A stretch of DNA of 64,000 bases from Octopus sinensis (Eukaryota): positions 36,642,001 through 36,706,000 of the forward strand of contig NC_043005.1 of assembly GCF_006345805.1 (NCBI RefSeq), read 5' to 3'. A program made the translations under genes and the position numbers. Position 1 is the stretch's first letter. Each line of letters starts with the position of its first letter. The notes below the pieces were generated by a model. That model was not told the DNA's origin and did no database searches. It worked only from the letters and a program-made list of their open reading frames with translations. Positions 1 through 14,100 of this stretch are shown piece by piece.

Positions 1-1300
1 ATATAGCTTCAACCATTCAGCGATAGCTACAAATATGATGGTACCTACGTCAATAACTGTAGATTGTTCTTTTAGACGTTGCTAAAACTACAGATATTAC
101 TGTAATGTTACTTTTGTTTTTAACCCCAACTTTATGTGATCGAAAAGTCCTATAATCAACGAAATTCCAAACATGATCACCTTTAGTTTTATTACTGTCA
201 GTAATAATATACCGTAGACTACATTATGCAATGTATCGAGCTTTATTTTTGATACAGTAGCGTAGGATTTTATGGAGCCTTGGCTGGTATTTATGAGCGA
301 CCATCTCCAGCCTCCTTCATTACCGATGTTATTGTTGAGAAGGGAAGTCACAGCTGGTTTAACACGAATAACAGCCACATTTTTGTAGAAGAGTAGGGTA
401 AAGGAAAAAACAAACAATTAGGTTAAAACACAAGAGGGATAAAGAAGACAGAAAAATAAATGCACGCAACGATTAAAGAGAAGGGAACGAAATGAATATG
501 AGAAAGAGTGTTTGATTGAAAAATTACTAAAATAAAACAAGCTTGTTTAGCTAAACGCCATATTGGTGCATATTTTAGTAGCTTGTGCAATTTCCTGTTA
601 GTGAAATGAATAATTTTAACAGCACGTGAAACATCCGGTTGTTGCAAAGTTTGATATTTACTGAAGTTAGTGGCACAGAAACAACCTTTGAAAATTTTAA
701 AATTTTAAAATTGCGATGTAGTTGTTTGTGCCAGTAGTTTAAATTGAGACATCGAATTTCTGTGTTTTTTAAAGTAAAACTATTAAACGTAAGAGAGAAG
801 CAAATATGGATGCGGTATATTTCTATTGTATTAATAATAGAGCTTCTATGATAAAAAGAATAGCCGAATCTCCCTGAATGTTTATCAGTCTGCTTTAAAA
901 TTTGACGCATTACATAGGGTAGACTACGGCACACAGTTTCTAAAACTAGATTTCACAGTCAATGAATCAAAACACTTTGGTCATAGACAGATCTGGGAAT
1001 AAACAATAGCAAAAACATCAAATGGGATTTAGTAATCGTCTTCGAAGACAGAAAAAGAAACAAAATCGATTTGAAATCAGAACATTTAAATATATCCGTT
1101 TATTACAGGTTTTTGGTCGCCCCCACCCATCAGGTAGCAAAAACCACCGTGATGAATAAATCAGTGACGCGCCAAGTGGTCCTTAGCATTGTGGATGGTT
1201 ACTGGGGCGTATTTTCGTAATCCAAGCAGTATTTGTGACTGATTTCCATCCTTCCCCAATCAATTTCTGATAAATGCAACACGGTTCACAATAAGCATAC

Positions 1301-1353
1301 CATGTTATCCTGGATCAGTGATGAGAGAGTTGTGATAAATGTAGATAGACGTA
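1301..1353 (-). CDS. Candidate exon (53 bp)
   Basis: Acceptor atttcattcag|, donor ATG|gtatgc; open frame RLSTFITTLSSLIQDNM. Confidence 0.22.
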
Positions 1354-2261
1354 CTGAATGAAATATTTCGAATCCTCAATTCCGGATGTCTACTTTCTCT
1401 GTAGCTATGTATATGAAAATTTCTATTGTGAAATATGGGAAATCTACGCAATATACCAATGGCAGGGAATTGTTTTTTTTCAATAATCAAGTTAGAAGTT
1501 CATGTACTCAATGTAGTTTGCTAAAAAACTCAAATTATTGAAATTGTATTCTAATCTATAAATTTTAGCACTTTTTATTTTCATATTAAATTCCGATATA
1601 ATCGTTATCTACACACTATGAAAGGTAGTTGTTGAAATTTTCGTAAAAAAATACCTGTGTGAGTTTTCTGAAATTCCTTTCGCCACTTCCCCCAAAAAAT
1701 CTTTTCACTACGAAGTCAGAATCTACACCATATGAAACATATATGTAGAAAAGTTCTCTGAAAAATATCCAATTGCCTGGAAATTATGAGGAAACATTTG
1801 TGTATGTGTGCCTAAAGCTTTAATATAAGTAACACTAATTTTAACACAGATAGTACTAATATTATGATGCTATTATATATCAACATATATGCTTGCTTCG
1901 CTCTGCATGTTATATATAAACAAAGAATATACTTCTTTCGTTCGATTAGTATCAAAATGGTGACAATTATTGTCACCATGAATGAAATGGCCTCAATTTT
2001 TCATTACACATAAATGTAAATAGGATAAAAATATGTACAATGTTATTGTGATTAATAACGAATATCAAATGTGTTGAAAATGCATCGTAGTGTGTGTGTG
2101 TGTTCTGTAGTTTACAATCGTTTCAACAACTGGTGGCTCACAAATCTTAAATGTCATGTATGAACACATGGATGTGAACAATCATTTGGTCGTGTCCATT
2201 GTATGATATTTATGACAATGATCTGTATAGTCATTTAATCGTAGCCAAACGAGGGGTGTAC

Positions 2262-2349
<88 letters not shown>

Positions 2350-2398
2350 GTCTGTCTATCTATCTATCAGTCTGTCTGTCTATACATACACATACACA

Positions 2399-2430
<32 letters not shown>
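2262..2430. repeat. Compound microsatellite (TATC)n/(TGTC)n/(TA)n
   Basis: Direct inspection. Representative of dozens of di-, tri- and tetranucleotide tracts across the window. Confidence 0.95.
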
Positions 2431-2440
<10 letters not shown>

Positions 2441-3358
2441 CTCTCACATATACATATTTACATATTTACATATGCACTTCTTTGTGTGTGCTGTATGTTT
2501 CCCTGATGCTCGTACGTAACTGTATTTGCGTCAGACAATTTGGCAGAAAAAAAAGATAAAAAGGAATACCAAAATGAAAATTAAAACGGAATAGAAAAAG
2601 CGAAAACCGTTCGTTGTTTTAATATTTCATTCTCTGTTTTGTGCAAATAAGATTATCTAATTGTAATTTTTAAAAGAATATTTTTTTCTACCCTCGTCAA
2701 GATTAACTAACTTCCTTACATTTTTCATTGTCAACCATTTTACCTTCCTGCCTTCCTTCCTTCCTTCTTTCATCAATTTCTTCTCTTATCGTCTGCACTT
2801 TCCATTGATCTAATAATAATCTTTCTCTTTTCCTGATATTAGTCTTAATCTTTTTGTTTTGTTTTGGATAACTGTCTTTTCTCTTGCTCTCTCACTCTTG
2901 CCGGAAATCATCACTTTTACGCAACTAACTCGTATACACACCTACGCAATCTCACACAGAGACATGCAGATATATGGTACCTGCCATCATTCTTTCTGTC
3001 TCTGTCTGTGTGTCTGTCTCTCTCCCTCGCGCATACACACACTCTCTCTTTCTTTCACTCTCTCTCTCTCTCTCTCCTACTCTCTACCCTTGATGCACCT
3101 CACTCTCTCTCTCTGTTGCATTCCAACTATTTCCACCACCACAATCATACTCTTCAACATTGTCTTCTCCATCGCACACACATACATACGTATACATGCG
3201 TGGTGTACTTTCTTATGTCTTTTCAATATTTCTCAGTTTTTCTCAATAACATTAACTCTTTCCTTCATCTTATTTCTTTCTCTGTCTCCGCCTGTCTTTC
3301 TATCTATCTATCTGTCGCACCTCTTTCTCCTTTTCAATCTCTCCTCCACCCTCTCTTC

Positions 3359-3390
<32 letters not shown>

Positions 3391-3878
3391 GCCTCTCTCC
3401 CTCACTCTCTCTGAGTGCGTGTTTTAACGCTTTTCATGTTATGAAAACTCTCTTACCCAATGATTATACCTCAGCGGTTTCAATGCTACTTTCGCTGCCC
3501 CTTCCACTACATATAACATACAATCACATTCCACCTTTCTCCCATCTCTCTTTATTCTACAAATGCACGTTTCTTTCGCTAACCATTCTCTCCAGCTATT
3601 CACTCATCAACAACAGGTTTTCTTTTCACCCACGTTCTTCTACTTCCGTATATTTCCTTCTACTTTTCCTCCGACTCACGCTTTTCGTTCCTTTAACTCT
3701 CACATTCATTTCACTCAATTTCCGATCTGTCTTTACTCTTTCCCATTTCACCATAAGTTATTTCCTTCGGATTTTTCTCTTTATCTATTCTACGGTCCAC
3801 ATTCTCTTACTGTGTTTTTTTTTTTTTTGGTCTTTTCACACTCTCACACGCAAATCCAAAAGCAGAAACAACCACAAC

Positions 3879-3910
<32 letters not shown>

Positions 3911-4115
3911 CTCACACACACATACATATATATACACACATATATATACATCTATAATCGCTGGTGCTTATGTATGTGTGCATGTAGGTATGTATGTTTG
4001 TATGTATTCATGTGATTCACCACGCGCTGGTGGAGACTGATTGGTATGCGTGTACAAACTACTGTATGTATACTTATCACAATTGAACATTAATCGCACA
4101 CAAGCACGCACACAT

Positions 4116-4159
<44 letters not shown>

Positions 4160-5493
4160 GCACATATATATTCATGCATATATCCATAAAACAACATCCT
4201 TTCAAACGAATGATTGCTTGAATCCTTTCACACATGTACATTTCTCCTCGACGTTGCTGAAAGTAGCGGCACCAGATCGTCACGCCAACATTCACAAGCA
4301 CCACCATTACCACCACCACCACCACCACCACCACCACCACCACCACCACCATATATATACATGTATATATATATAATATATGTATATTTATATTCTTAAA
4401 TATAATATATATAGATACATAAGATATATGTACATATATATAATATATAAATTTATGCAACTCAAATAATTAAGAAGGATTATCCGTCTACATAGTTTTT
4501 ATTACAGTCATTTATACAATGTATTCTCATTAAACCTCTGCCTGACATATGTTTCTGCTGTATGGTTATGTTGTTTTGTGGTGTCCATTTGCATCCTATT
4601 GGTTCATCTATATCAAGACTTCATCCTGGTTAAAAACTTATCCATGCAGCTTTATTCAGGGTTTTACCATTATTAAATTCTGAAGCGAACTAGAGTATAA
4701 ATGGTTTAGAGAGTGGTATATTTTTGGTAAAAGACAATTAGAGTTGAGTGCAAAAAATATGAAGTGTAGTTGTGAGAAATATGATATGGCTACTAAGTAC
4801 CTTATCAGATTGACCCAAGTATGACCCCAACGTTTAGATGTAGAACCATGAATGCCAGGTATTAAACTGAGTCAGAATATATTTCATGCACTAGCCTTAA
4901 GCGATATAAATAGGAATAAATTCTGTGAGAGATGACTACAATAAAGGTCACTAATTCAAACAGAATTTAATGATATAAGACACACATAATTTACTTGTAA
5001 GAGACTAAGATCGGGAAGGGGGCAAATACTTTACGTAAATTGTCTTTATCAAATTAGAAATATATAGCTTTTGTTGTAAATAGAGCACATGGAGCAATTA
5101 AGTATTTCAAATTTTGCCTTGTAACAAATTTAATCACTGTCGTTATATGATCATAAAACTATCAATTCGCAAGTTTACTACAAATCTCGGCTGCATTTTT
5201 CAGCTGGTGCAATGAGGGAAATAGGCGGGGCAACGTTGAAAGAAAAAATTGGTGAGGAGGGCTCTCATTGTAGTGCTGGGAGAAGGCAAACAGCACATTA
5301 TAAGCCTGGAAGAAATGAAGAGCACATTGTGAGGTTTGCCAAGGATGCTCTATCCCTTGGTCGTAGTCTGCTGCCAAATATCAATACGTTTACAATTACG
5401 GTCTCCACAACAGTAATATATATCAACTTCTAGAGCCAATACATATAGCTTAAAAGACCCAGTAGTAATAGTGTTAGTAATATTAGTAGTAGC

Positions 5494-5549
<56 letters not shown>

Positions 5550-5624
5550 TAGCAGCAGCAGCAGCAGGGTATATGAAATCAGTTTCAGGTTAACCTATCC
5601 CAGGGGATAGCTTAATTGATATTG

Positions 5625-5770
5625 CTACGTCGGATAGGACCGAGTAGCCTCTATGTGGGAAGGTGATCTGGTAGAAATAACAGCCAAATTACCCTAGTAG
5701 TAGAGTATTCCTCAAATCATAGTCCGCAGGTTAAAGAGAAGAAGGGCATATTAGAAAATGGAATCATTAA
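5625..5770. repeat. Dispersed repeat of unknown class
   Basis: ctggtagaaataacagccaaattaccc...caaatcat is similar to 54087-54200 and to the reverse complement of 23222-23262. Confidence 0.45.
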
Positions 5771-6189
5771 TGAAGTACCGGCATACAAAACAGCAAGTTT
5801 ATGGCTGGAATACTTTTTCATCATAGATCTGCCCAGCCAGAGCTGAGCTGAAATTAATCACCACCACTAACAACAATCTTTGAGAACAAGGCTGTCAAAT
5901 CCCCCCTCCCCATTACTACAATATCGATCTCAATCATGATATTTCCACGGAAGCTACAAACAATAACACAGTCACATCTTATTCATGACCAACAAGAATT
6001 CAGACGGTTCGCTATTTTATTATGGAAAATTATTGTTCGTCTGTCTGAGATTCTGCTTCCTGACCATCAGTCAGTTCGATTACATGTTAGCTTCCATTAT
6101 CTCGTATAGAATGGACATTATAATTGTTTATGTATAAACACATCCTCACATGTACTCAGCCTTCAAAAATATATATATTTATATCTATT

Positions 6190-6385
6190 ATTTGTGTTAG
6201 TCATGGGACTGCAGTCATACTAGAAGAACTTTAGTCGAAAAAATAAACCGCTGTATTTATTTTTAAATTGACGTATTCTATTCTATTCTACCTCTTCCAT
6301 TTGTCGAACCGCTAAGTTATGGTGACGTTAAAAAAAATACGACCGGTTGTCATACGGAGGAGGTGTCAACAAATACACATAGTAC
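6190..6385 (-). mobile_element. Second-family SINE fragment, diverged
   Basis: agtcatgggactgcagtcatac...gaaccgctaagttatggtgacgt aligns with 62250-62410. Confidence 0.6.
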
Positions 6386-7592
6386 ACATACAATGACACA
6401 CATATTTACTCACAACAGGTTTCAACACAGATCCCATTGCAAGATACAGTTTCAACAAATACCACACTTATATGTTTGATTTATGTAAAGTTATTTATGT
6501 GGTCTCTTCAACTGCTTGATATAGCAACCGATGCTTCTTCAAGCCATCCCTTCTAACTTAGATAACGTAGTCCAACGTATACTGGTCCTGAAATAAGAGT
6601 GTTTATGGCTTCGTTCCCTTTGAAATTTGTCAGTTGTTGAGGCTAGACAACAACAACAACGGTATCACCACCACCCTTACCTCTACCACCAAACACAACA
6701 ACAACAAAGAAATTGCTTATGAAAAAATTGGAAAATCGAAATTAATGTACCTGAGTCAATAGTGTCACTCGTTACTGTTTTTAACTGAAGAACTTGGCTT
6801 TTTGACAAAAGGCATGAATACAAATCTTGTAACTTCGAGTTTGCACGAAATTTGAGCGGAATGTAAGTATTGATTCTACCATTCTCTCACATGAAGTCTA
6901 GACTGGCAGCGAAATGCGTAAAACATTCCACGAGTTTACTTTTTAACATACGTTATAATTGTTGTCTATTCTACCAGAAAGTGGCTTGTTAAAGAAAATG
7001 GTTTTCTTTGTCAAAAACGATGAGAATAAACATCGTTTCTAAAAACTGCAACAATAATTCTACAAGAGAGTTTACTTCCAAACACAATTACTCCAAGATC
7101 AAAGCAGACTAAACTAAATTTGGCAGCCTTGGCGAAAGTATCGTATCCAGTTACATGAATTCCTTTACTTCAATAACTATTCTGCTGTGTAAATATTAAG
7201 CAACAGATCTTATGAACGACAAGGCAAAAAGAGTAAATATTTTTGACAAACTCAAATACACTTTACTTTCTTTGATAATAGTGGCTGTCTTCAACATTGA
7301 TACGTATTTCGTATTCCATACGTATTTTGCCTCATACATATATGATATAATATCCTGTCTGTCATTTTAATCACAGTTGTAAGACGTTCCCTAATTTACA
7401 ATCTAATATAGTTCTTCAATTTGTACGCACGCACACACGAGCACACACACAAACAATATGTATATATATATATGTGTATATATATGTACCGGAGTAAACA
7501 CATAAATGTGAAACAAGGTGGAAAAAAGAGTACTCAAATACCAGGGGTAGAGTAATATGCTTTATTTAAAAGCAGCAGAAATTCAACAAAAC

Positions 7593-7630
7593 CTGTTACT
7601 CTGAGTTTCACGTTCCCGTTCGTCGGACAG
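7593..7630 (-). ncRNA. Minimal type I hammerhead ribozyme motif (U4C core variant)
   Basis: Minus strand reads ctgt-CCGACGA-acg-ggaa-cgt-GAAA-ctc-a-gag-TA-acag. Stem I ctgt/acag, stem II acg/cgt, near-palindromic stem III ACTCAGAGT, cleavage triplet GUA. Confidence 0.7.
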
Positions 7631-7645
7631 TTTTTTTAACAGAAA

Positions 7646-7683
7646 CTCTCCGACGAACGGGAACGTGAAACTCAGAGTAACAG
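7646..7683 (+). ncRNA. Second hammerhead copy in the opposite arm (one stem I mismatch)
   Basis: ctct-CCGACGA-acgggaacgt-GAAA-ctcagag-TA-acag. Identical core; the stem I 5' strand is ctct instead of ctgt. Confidence 0.55.
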
Positions 7684-7715
7684 GTTTTGTTGAATTTCTG
7701 CTGCTTTTAAATAAA

Positions 7716-7762
<47 letters not shown>

Positions 7763-9430
7763 GTATATAATATATAAGTATGTCTATATGGATTCGAATA
7801 TATATATCTGTATAAATATATATATACGCTGATTTGTATCTATATTCCTATATGTGTGTATGTGTGTGTGTGAGAGAGAGTGTATACATATACATGTTTA
7901 TATATATTTATTTATGTTTGTACATATATATACTGCATCACCTCTCTTTCTATATATAAACAAATATATAATCTATCTATCTATCTATAACTATATATAT
8001 ATTCATATACACAAATATATTCATGTATACACGTATCTCCTTAAATATATTTCCATATATGTATGTGTGTGTGTTTGTTGTGTGTGTGTGTGTGTGTATT
8101 GTGACTGAATGAAGTCTCAACTTCGAATGATAAACTTGGGTGTTATTAATGCAACTAACCGTACATAAGAACTACATATGCACACACGCGTGCGCACCCC
8201 ACCCCCATATATTGAATGGCTAAATCGATAATGTACTGTGAAGATCAATTCTCTTAAAAAGTGAAAAGTCACGAAGAATCCTATTTCGCTCTCGGTGTTA
8301 GAATGTTGAAAATCCTATCTATTATCTATGAGAGAAGTGAAAGTGTTAATTGTTCTCAAAGTTTAGTAAATGGTGTACAGAAACTAGTTCCAGTTAAAAA
8401 TAGACCAATCCTAGCAGCCTACACATTTAAAGATGAGCACAATTACTGTTCCACTCACGCACATTTGCACGGGTTCCATGAATAGAAACATTATCTAATA
8501 AATACATGACAGTATAAACTTTCTCAACAACATAGATACTAGCAGCAGAGATTGAACAATGCGCACGCGCGCACACACACACACGCAAGCCCACACACAC
8601 ACCCACTCACACACGCACACACGCTCACATATGAATTATATCAATGTCGCGTCGTAAGAAATGTGTTTACATTCTTTAGCGATTACTGACGTATAATGAC
8701 ACGACTCAAAGACGGGTATTCATTGTCGAAATCAGGAATTATTTCATTTATTATTGACTGCTGAATTGTTAAGAAATATCAAGTGCGATCTCGATTGGAG
8801 CACTGCTTGAATCACTTTGTTACTGGTACAACATCGTCTTAAATAAAAAAAAACATTCCAACAGACTAACGCAAAGATCCACTCATCTACAAGGTTATAT
8901 AAGAAGCTTTGACATTGGCATAGCTATTTAGGCGCCGTCTGTTTGGTGTCACTTATTTGACACTGGCTTATTTTATATCAAACTTTTTGACGCTTCTGAC
9001 TTGTCATGGAAAAAAAAAACTGTTTATGTCAATTGTGTTCAATTAATAAATTGTTTACTTTCTCTTTTCCACAATATCTGTATATGTGTGTTCCTGTGCC
9101 TATGCATTTGTGTGTATGGTTACCTCCAGCGCCAAAGCATAGTCAGCAATGCAGCTGGAATGTTGAATCAGTCGTTTTAAATTGAGAGCGCCGAATCAGC
9201 AGCGCCATCCTCTCTCATTACTCATCTACTAAATTTGTTTGTTCTCAAGCATTTCTAATGTAATACCTATTGCCCTGTACCAGCACACTCTTTACATCTT
9301 TCATCTAAATTTACTCGATACACATATTTTCTCTCGTCATCAGTAGAGTGTATCGTACATAGACAGACAAAACTAGATACTTTTCAATTGTATCTTAGTA
9401 AAAGTATATATACCGTAGAAAAGCATGATA

Positions 9431-9782
9431 CTGTGGTTTGTGTCTGAGAAAATATTTCTTCAGAGACACATATTAAAAACGCTACACCGGAGGCGAATAT
9501 AGCCGCGGCAGTGACTCACAGCAATTCAAGTTAACGTATTATTCACCGTTTCCAATATATCAAAGTAGAAATTTTATCTTCGCAAGTGACAAACAGGTGC
9601 GTGGCATTGAGAAACCTCAAGTAGGGTAAAACGCGCCTGTTGTTCTTGTAACTCGCTGCTGCGACCATATCCGCCACAAGAACAACAGGCTCGTTTACCC
9701 TACTTGAGGTTTCTCACTGCCATTCACCTGTTTTTAGCACACAATGTTTATGAAGGGAATTTGTCTCAGACAAAGATCACTG
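9431..9782. mobile_element. MITE, probably Tc1/mariner/Tigger-type, with TA target duplication and internal 57-bp hairpin
   Basis: Diverged outer inverted repeats (9431-9472 and 9744-9782) are flanked by TA at 9429-9430 and 9783-9784. Inner inverted repeats lie at 9592-9649 and 9676-9732. Confidence 0.6.
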
Positions 9783-9844
9783 TATGGGTGTTATGGTTTC
9801 TCTGACTATTGCACATTTGTTAATCGAACTTTCAGATATATGGA

Positions 9845-9913
9845 TAATCTTGTAAATCTATATTAAAGTTTAATCTTGTAAATTTATATTAAAGTTTAAT
9901 CTTGTAAATTTAT
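9845..9913. repeat. 26-bp tandem repeat, about 2.6 copies
   Basis: Unit taatcttgtaaat(c/t)tatattaaagtt. Confidence 0.9.
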
Positions 9914-10695
9914 CATTATCGTTATAACATGAAAAATATGGTGACTGAGTCTCTTCGATAAATAATGACTCGGAGAAAATGAACACAGGAACACTAATGG
10001 AATCAAACTATGAAACAAAGTAAAGAATATCTACGAGATTCTCTAAATTAGAAGTATTTGTGAACTCCAGCATACAACCAAAAGAAATACAAATATTTTT
10101 CGTTAAAATTTCTTAGCAGACGAGAAAGGACAAACAGCGACCACACATATGTGTTTTATTTCTCCATTTTGGTTTTTCGTATTTTTATGGACTTTATTGA
10201 AGCAGCAATATATTGAAACTTTCCTACCTAACTTCCTCTTAGTATCTTTCCACGTTTTCACTTTCTATCTATTTATCTTATTTACTACATTAGTAATTTT
10301 CTGTTCATTGCTTTTGGGACTGAAATTATCTTTTATCAACCCGACTATTGTCCATGTTATCTTCCTCTATCAGCCCACAACTCTCTCTCTCTCTCTCTCT
10401 CTCATTTTTTTTATTCTCTTTTCTTCTTCGTTTCACTTTACTTTCCTTTAATTACTCTTTCCTACTCTTTTGTAAAGACATACATCGAAACACAACACAT
10501 CGCACTCTTACACACGGACACACACACACACACACACACCACACACACACACATACAAACAAACAAACCAACAAACACACACACATACATAGTGGGAATG
10601 GGGGAAGGAAGATTTTCTGTCTCTCTGAAATAGACACAACTATATAACTACGTATATGCCTAAAATGTACTAACGTAATAAACTCGGGTGGTGTC

Positions 10696-10735
<40 letters not shown>

Positions 10736-10800
10736 ATGTGTGTACGTGCGTGTGCGTGTGTGTATGCATACATAGACACGCATATTAAATGTATATAGAT

Positions 10801-10874
<74 letters not shown>

Positions 10875-10924
10875 GTATATTATACATTATATATATACAC
10901 ATGTAAATGTGTGGTATGCAGCAT

Positions 10925-10978
<54 letters not shown>

Positions 10979-11220
10979 TATATATATATACAGAGAGAGA
11001 GGGAGAAAGAGAGAGAGGGTGAGAAAGACTTAGACACATAGATACACAGAAAGATAGAAGCGAACATTCCTTACATACTCATATAGCGGCATACTCTTGG
11101 ACATGATCACAACCTCGCACATAAATATCTATAGCCAACCCTTCACATACATAAACCAGACATAAACAGACTGAAACAGTCAATGATACGTCTTCTCTCG
11201 TTTTCCGTCTTTTATTCTGT

Positions 11221-11257
<37 letters not shown>

Positions 11258-11424
11258 TTTCTCTATTTCTGTCTTTCTTCGTCTCTACACTAATCTTCTC
11301 TTTAACCCCTCACATACTCACCGTAAATAACTAGTAGCCGTAATTCTTAGTACAGAAAGTACTCATAGACATACATACACACACTAACACACGCACACAC
11401 CTACGTGTATGTATGTATGCATAT

Positions 11425-11506
<82 letters not shown>

Positions 11507-12177
11507 GTATTTATGTATATATATATATGTATGTATGTATGTATTTATGTATATATATATGCATATATGTATGTATGCCATATAATTGTTTAATATACTT
11601 TTATCATGCTTACTTCAATAAGTCTTTTGATTTACCAAGTACATCGTCAGTTTTTTTATTACAGTCCTTTTATATTTATATTGCTGTGATATATATATAT
11701 ATATATATATACATATATATATGTGTGTGTGTATGTGTGTGTATGTTAATCTATTTTTCCACATACTCATTCTCTGTCTCTTTTCTCTCTTCACTCTCAT
11801 GTCTACCCGCCTCTTCATTTTCTCGACATTAAATCTGCTCTTTTACAGACCGGTTAATTTTTATGCTATCTTTTTATCTTCTGTCTCTTCTGAAATCTAT
11901 AGGTCTTTGCGTTTGAGGGTAACTTTTGTTTTGCAGTTCTTTGTCACTTGTATTTCAGACTATGCGTATATATGTGTGAGAATGTCTGTAGTAATATTTG
12001 TGTGTTTATAGAGTCTATATGTAGTACATGTGAGTATTTATAGAGTTTGTAAAGTATAAATGTACGTCTGAGCTTATTTCTTTCCTTATACATGAAGCAC
12101 ATTTAAGTATGTTTGTAGAAAAAATTCAAAACCTATTTACATCCATTTAGGATCAACTCTTCGCTATAATTAATCTC

Positions 12178-12214
<37 letters not shown>

Positions 12215-12240
12215 TATTATTATTATTATTATTATTATTA

Positions 12241-12440
12241 GGGTAGCAAGGTGGCAAAATCCTTAGCACGCTGGGCAAAATGCATAACGGTATTTCGCCT
12301 GACTTTAAGATTTGAGTTGACTTTACCTTTCATTCTTTCGGGGATCGGTGAAATAAATAGTATTGAAACACCGTAGTCAATGTAATCGACTTACACTTTC
12401 CCACGAACTTACTGGCCATGAGCCAAAAGTTGAAACCATT
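12241..12440 (+). mobile_element. tRNA-derived SINE, diverged
   Basis: ggcaaaatccttagcacgctgggc...ctttcattctttcggg...aaaagttgaaaccatt aligns with the family. Confidence 0.7.
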
Positions 12441-12460
12441 ATTGTTGTCGTTGATGTGTA

Positions 12461-12533
12461 CATATTTCACGATTTTTTCGTTTTCTCTACCATTTGATAT
12501 AATGCTCTGCTGGTCAAGCTAGTTCGATCAATA
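12461..12533 (+). repeat. Dispersed 75-bp stub followed by a trinucleotide tail
   Basis: Near-identical to 19135-19211 (ttttctctaccatttgatataatgctctgct.gtcaagctag.tc.atcaata); both run into trinucleotide repeats. Confidence 0.75.
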
Positions 12534-12549
12534 CTACTACTACTACTAT

Positions 12550-12635
<86 letters not shown>

Positions 12636-12689
12636 ATAATAATAATACTGCTACTGCTACTACTACTACTACTACTAATAATAATAATA

Positions 12690-12722
<33 letters not shown>

Positions 12723-12745
12723 TATTATTATTATTATTATTATTA

Positions 12746-12822
<77 letters not shown>

Positions 12823-14015
12823 CGTTCTTGTTATTTTCGTTATTATTTCCAGGTTAGTATGCTTTGTATATCTCTTTATCTCTTCGTTTGATCGTATCGC
12901 CTTCGTCCAGAATTAAGTGTAACGTCTACGTTCGGCTAATTCCAGCTTCTTCTTTGCAGTGAAATAAGATTATATTGTATAAAATAAGGTTAAGTGGTTA
13001 AGTAAGAAGTTTAGAAGAAAACAACAGTATGCCATAACAAAGAGCCTTAATCAGCAACGAGTCCTTAGGCTAAACTATTATTAGATGATGTGTCTTCTGA
13101 GTTGCTTTAAAGATCTATAAATTTGAGTACAGTTTTGAAATTAACAATTTAGTGGTCTAAGCAAATACTTTAAAACAAATTAAAGAATTAAAAAATAAAA
13201 ATTTCACCTAGGAAAGTTTCAGAAATTCTGTCGAATACATTCTGGATGCTTCCGAATAAATATCTCAAAGTGCTTTCTAAATGTTCAGATAAAAAAGAAC
13301 ATTCTCGTTTATACGACGTTTTCAACAGAATCTAGAGTTAACTGATCTAGTCTATAAGATTCAATGCCAATAGCATTAGACACTTTACTGAATTCATGCT
13401 ATAACTATCTTCTCTAACACCGGTTGATAAACAACTGCTGGTGTGAGTGTGGCCAGCACAAATACAAATACACACATGCACACACATGCATATATTACCA
13501 TTATTATTCGGTAGAATATACAGAGTAACCTAAAGGGTCGGGAGTCCGTGCTTGGCACTTATCAAACATTCAATGTACGAAACTCTAGGTCCTTGAGTCA
13601 CTATGTACGTCTGCCTATTAATAATATAAAAGCATATAAGCTCATGCTTTGAGTTCTCTTTTCCTGTTTGTATCGTCAATTGCCAACAAGATACAAAACT
13701 AGAGACTGCAACAGCGTGAGTTTTAAGCGCCCACAACTTTTGAATATCTTCCTGGGGCCGATGTAGGTGTCTTTACAACAAAACTGGATTTTTTCCTGTC
13801 GAGATGTTCCGGACGAATCTACCTCGTGGCAGAAAAGGCAAACAAGGGTAGCAATATCAGACTCTGTTATTCACCAAGTTCCACATTAAGAGGCGGTTTT
13901 CAAGTAACGGTAGTGTAACAAGACTAGCGGCAATACTCCAGCATAATCGTAGCTTTCAAACTAAAACTGGTAAAAGGTGTGTGTGTGTGTGTGTATATAT
14001 GTGTATGAGTCTGTA

Positions 14016-14084
<69 letters not shown>

Positions 14085-14100
14085 TTGTTATCTGTGTTAT

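Larger units (their letters stand above)
7488..7716 (-). mobile_element. Short Penelope-like (PLE) terminal element, family A, with an inverted partial copy forming a perfect 68-bp hairpin
   Basis: 7560-7627 is the exact reverse complement of 7649-7716 (21-nt spacer). The reverse complement of 7488-7575 aligns by eye with 34875-34975. Both ends abut TA-rich tracts and each arm contains a hammerhead motif. PLE assignment is inferred from this architecture. Confidence 0.75.

Noticed and set aside
290-420. Possible Tigger/CENP-B HTH remnant or exon (LPFSTITSVMKEAGDGRS)
   Set aside because: Too short, stops in frame, no TIRs; cannot be supported.
2859-4040. 393-aa plus-strand ORF (longest in the track) and overlapping ORFs
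   Set aside because: Translation of (CT)n, (CA)n and pyrimidine-rich low-complexity DNA (LSLSLS, HTHTHT); no domain.
5204-5251. Plus-strand 48-nt exon candidate (tttttcag|...|gtgagg)
   Set aside because: Splice-like signals are common by chance at this AT content; no partner exons or recognisable peptide.
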